Source: Guillardia theta CCMP2712 (Eukaryota > Protista > Cryptophyta). From it: a stretch of DNA of 64,000 nt. Of the stretch, positions 60,285 to 64,000 are shown one piece after another; positions within the stretch are counted from its first letter, which is position 1; each line of letters starts with the position of its first letter. The notes beneath the pieces were generated by a model that was not told the origin of the DNA, made no database searches, and saw only the letters and a list, made by a program, of their open reading frames with translations. The DNA lies in the NCBI RefSeq assembly GCF_000315625.1, contig NW_005434656.1:603741-667740 (forward strand), given 5' to 3'. The translations under genes and the position numbers were made by a program.

Positions 60285-62921
60285 ATGCGGCGATGCCGAT
60301 CCCATATCTTGGTGCTCGTGTTCGCGTCGCTGATGGGTCCTGCCACCATGGCAAGGGATGCGAATCACTTGCTTCAAGAAGCGAACGCACTCGGTATGGA
60401 CAGGGAGGAGCTGAAAATTTCCTTGCTCAAGGAGGCTCTCCTCTTGGATCCATCCAACGTAGAGGCTGCCAAGTCTCTTTCGTTCACGAGAATCTCCCAG
60501 CTATTTCGCATCAGGAGCGCCGACGACCCGCAGCATCCGATCCTGACGGAGGCAGAAGCAGCACTTGACGACGTTAGCAAGAGGACCAGGATGAGCCAGA
60601 ACACGAGGAACATGGTGAAGACTGTCGTACAGCCCGTGCTTCAGCCGTGACCCCACGGCAGATCTGCAATATGCTGATCAACTATGGGCACAACCTGGAA
60701 GGGAGGGACCGGCCCCTAATGGCTCTGCAGCTCTACCTCCTCGCCGCCAGGATCGATCCAGCGCACGAGAACACCATGGGATCTTTGTACAAGGCAAGCC
60801 TCGTCCTATTCCTCCTCTTCCTCTGTCTGATGGCCCTCCCTGCTGTGGCAGGTCCGAGAGTGGCTGTGCGTGTGGGAGGGACGGGAGGAAGAGTTCTCAA
60901 GGCTGATGAACGTCGTCCAGAGGTTAACACAACAGCAGCAGGGCTGCCGCTGACATACATGACAGGCAGCTGCAGCAGGGAGGGGCCGCTCAGACCTCGC
61001 TACAGCCTCTCACGGCCGTTTCTCAGGACGTAGACCCTCTCACTCAACTCTCCATGTCAGTTGCCATGTTGGCCTTGAGCTCTCGATCACCCTCCTGCAG
61101 AGCCAAGGCCTGGTCGCTGCTCTACTCCTCAGGAGTCCATAGGGAGAATCCCTTCCTAGGCGCCATGAAGCCTCCGAGTGCGGTAGGGGACAAGGGCGGC
61201 TGGTGTTGCAGTGATGAAGGGGCTGACGGAGGAGGCAGAAGAAGGCTCTCTCTGTCGGATACATCAGCGGGGATCTTCGCGGCCATGCAGTGAGCCATCA
61301 GATGCTGATGGTCTTCAGACAGCACATGGTCAACAAGAGGTGAGCAAGGTCGTCACTTTAGTCCTGTTTGCGACAACCTTGTGCAGGATCAGAGTCGTCG
61401 TACTCAACACTTTTGCTGGAAATGTCGGAGTGCACGGACAGGAGATCAAGTCGTACGTGAACAAGTGGGTCGATGTCAACCCGATGCGCGACGAGCAGCT
61501 TGCAGCAACTATCACTAACACTCTCAAGGTGCCTCCTGCTCTGTTCTTCTCCTCCTGCCCTGAGTCAGGATCAATGCAGATTCACATCCTTGTAGACCTC
61601 TCGGGGCACACAGGAGGGACGCGATTGAGCGCCCTGAGCCTCAGGCCCACCCCCGTCATCATCTCCTTCTTAGGCTACGGGAGCACGACAGGGGCGTCGT
61701 TTGTCGACTACTTCCTGTCAGACCACAAGGCCTCCCCCCCCGAGATGGTGACTGAGCCGACCGCGGCTGCTGCCTTGTGTAGAGGCTGAGGAATCGCAGA
61801 GCTACGCGCACTCGGAGACTTTTGCGTACCTGCCCGTGACTTACTATCCCTTCAACACGCGGCAGGCGATCGACTCCACGTGCTGCGCTGACCTTGAGTT
61901 GACGTCCATCCCCTAACTCTCCTGCAGGCCCTCGTACGAGGACGTGGGAATCGCAAGAGGCCAGACGTCCTTCATCTTTGCGTGCTTTAACAGGAACCTC
62001 AAGATCAAGCCGGATGTTTTCGAGGTGCGCACGTGAAGGCCTTGTTGGGGTGGTGAACGTCGTTCAGGTCTGGATGAAGGTGCTCAAGGCTGTTCCTCGG
62101 AGTGTTTTATGGCTCCGACGCTTTCACATTCGGGTGCAAGAGAATCTCCTAAGGCATGCCGAAAGGCTGGGGGTGTCTAATGCGTCGATCATCTTCGCTG
62201 GACGGTGAGGCCAATCAGTGGATCGCTCGTCCTCCTTCCCCTCTCTCCCTCTCCCACGTCCTCTGACCCCCGGATCAGGATTCCCGATCGCTCGAAGCAT
62301 CTTGCAAGGCACAGGCTAGCGGACTTGTTCCTTGTACGCTTCTCCTCATCCTCGCCCTCCCTCAGTCTCTCCAGGACACCCCAAGGTTCGGTGGGCACTC
62401 GACCCTAGCAGATGTCTTCTGGGCCGGGGTATCACTGAACTTGGTGACGTAGAGGAGGGAGTGACAGTGACAGGTTCCATCGCTGGTCATCCCAGGGGAG
62501 GGAGCGAGTTCGAGGATCGGCGCTTCCATGGCGTCCGCTCTCAATGGCTCCGTCTTTATCGCTAGGGATCTCCACGACTATCAACAGCTGGCCATTCAGC
62601 TGGCCAGTCAGGTGGAGTCTGTGCTCGAGGAGGGTGCCGAGCGCTGAGGGGGGGACAGCGGGGAGCGCAAGTGATCTCGAGGTGGAAGAGCCAGGAGGCG
62701 CGGCAGATGCACGAGGAGGGGGCGAGGGTGGGGAGCGAGACACACACGAGGAGTCTGGAGAGCATGTTCCATGTGAGCCCCTGCGACAATGGTAGCATCG
62801 ACTGCTGACAGCTTTGCAGAGCATGTGGGAAGAATTCCGAGCGAGGAGGCACAGCAAGCAGCGAGCTGGTCGAACCCCAAAGGCATTCGTATTGTCTGTC
62901 GTCCACGCGGAGCATAGATAA
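60285..62921 (+). CDS. GT41 family glycosyltransferase (OGT/SEC-like) with short TPR region and N-terminal hydrophobic peptide
   Basis: [89 protein letters not shown]|DTP..HST..D..WAG and SRIGAS. Confidence 0.92.
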
Positions 62922-63097
62922 GATTAAAAGTGTTGAAATCTCATCCTCCGCAACTTGCAAGTATACATATGAGAGCTGCTGAATCTTGGTAGCATAAATA
63001 CGAAGCTGTGGACTCACTGAGACGTGTTTTTCTTGATTCCAAAGACATGTAAACATGAAGTTGAATAATTTCAATCAAATATGAGACTGTTTGCCCC

Positions 63098-64000
63098 TCA
63101 CATGACGCAGCAGTCCTTCTTGCTCTTCCTGCTAGCAACATCAACGAAGAGACGACCCTTCCAAGTTTGATGACCTCTTGTAACTTTCGAGGAAACTGAG
63201 CTGCTTCGCATTGATAGCGCCTCTCCGCCTTCCTCGGATGGTCTTTGCCCGCAAGTGAGGACAGAGAGAGGCTATCAGACACGCTCTTACCTGCACGGCA
63301 TCTAGAGGGTCCATTCCTTTTTCAATCAGTGCTATCGCAACCAACACTGGGGCCCTGTACACATCATCAGCCGCTCCGAAAAGGTGTACAGCAGGAGGGC
63401 ATGTGGGAGGGAACAGGTGTACAGCAGCTTCGTGCGCAGAGGATCCATCTCTTACCTCCCAAGACCGGCCACACAATGGATACCGATGCCTGAAGGACGA
63501 GCGTGAGCTGCAGCGGGAGGAGATTTTCATTGCTTGCTTACTCTTTTTCGGCGGGTCCGCCTTGTCAACAAAAGTCGATTTCACCAGCCCCTGCGATTGA
63601 CCTCAAGTCAAACATCCACACACCCAGGGCCTCCTCCTTCTCCCACCAGCCACTTGGAGATGATGTTGTCTGGCGGAGGGTCTCCGTCAGGGAACGGCCA
63701 GTCCTGCTCGAAGTGAGCGGGAGAGACAACGAGCCAAGTCTCTCACATGAACTTCGATGCCGGCCTCTTCGAGCGGTCGTGTACCATACGTGGGGTCACA
63801 CACTCGAACGACATGCGCTACACTGAGTTTCGTCAATTCCTGCAGCCCAAAAGCATCAGCACAATCATTCAGTCTGGGCAAGCAAGAGGAGCAGTAACTC
63901 GCCTGCAGATACATGGGCAGATTTGCGTCATTGGGGGCATCAAAGATGACGAACTTGCAACCACGTGTTTCCACGATGCTCACGGGAGTGATCACGCTTT
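63098..64000 (-). CDS. PTP4A: PRL/PTP4A prenylated protein tyrosine phosphatase; start lies just beyond the window
   Basis: FVIFDAP..VVRVCDPTY..DWPFPDGDPPP, IHCVAGLGR|APVLVAIALIE and RRGAINAKQ; spliced C-terminal CaaX KKDCCVM*. Confidence 0.93.

Noticed and set aside
59691-60390. Poly-TP, poly-L and poly-SY ORFs
   Set aside because: Translations of the (GGAGTA)n microsatellite in three frames, with no coding signature.
60794-60851. GC donor in the GT41 gene
   Set aside because: An in-frame GT donor 9 nt downstream is equally plausible, so it was not counted.

Overview
This is a compact, intron-rich eukaryotic nuclear region (introns mostly about 45-65 nt). The gene style and content suggest an alga, most likely a cryptophyte such as Guillardia theta; that assignment is inference, not verified. 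I can read about 22 protein-coding genes by manual splicing: a giant secreted IPT/TIG-CUB-cadherin-like protein (runs off the left edge), a membrane-anchored unknown, C1D/Rrp47, a long Skp1-like protein, a TPR/low-complexity protein, a small HTH protein, a laminin-IV-domain secreted protein, TM9SF3, type II PI4K, a PHTF homologue, a two-thioredoxin PDI-like protein, HIRA, an ankyrin protein, a SPIDR-like protein, a mitochondrial-carrier-family protein with a signal peptide, an S10 serine carboxypeptidase, DUF1664, TRAPPC2L, a FAAP24-like protein, a tesmin/LIN54 CXC protein, a C2/PDZ-like protein, CDK1, a signal-peptide GT41 (OGT-like) enzyme and a PRL phosphatase (runs off the right edge). Convergent gene ends are very tightly packed. 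The most unusual signal is non-coding. The 5' intergenic spaces carry islands built from a small vocabulary of short palindromic words, and these words appear to have been inserted into older sequence: they interrupt a CAG microsatellite and distinguish two copies of a dispersed repeat. A second island class is GGGGT/ACCCC-rich. Exon boundaries were derived by eye and are approximate. Homology calls come from remembered family motifs, with no database search.
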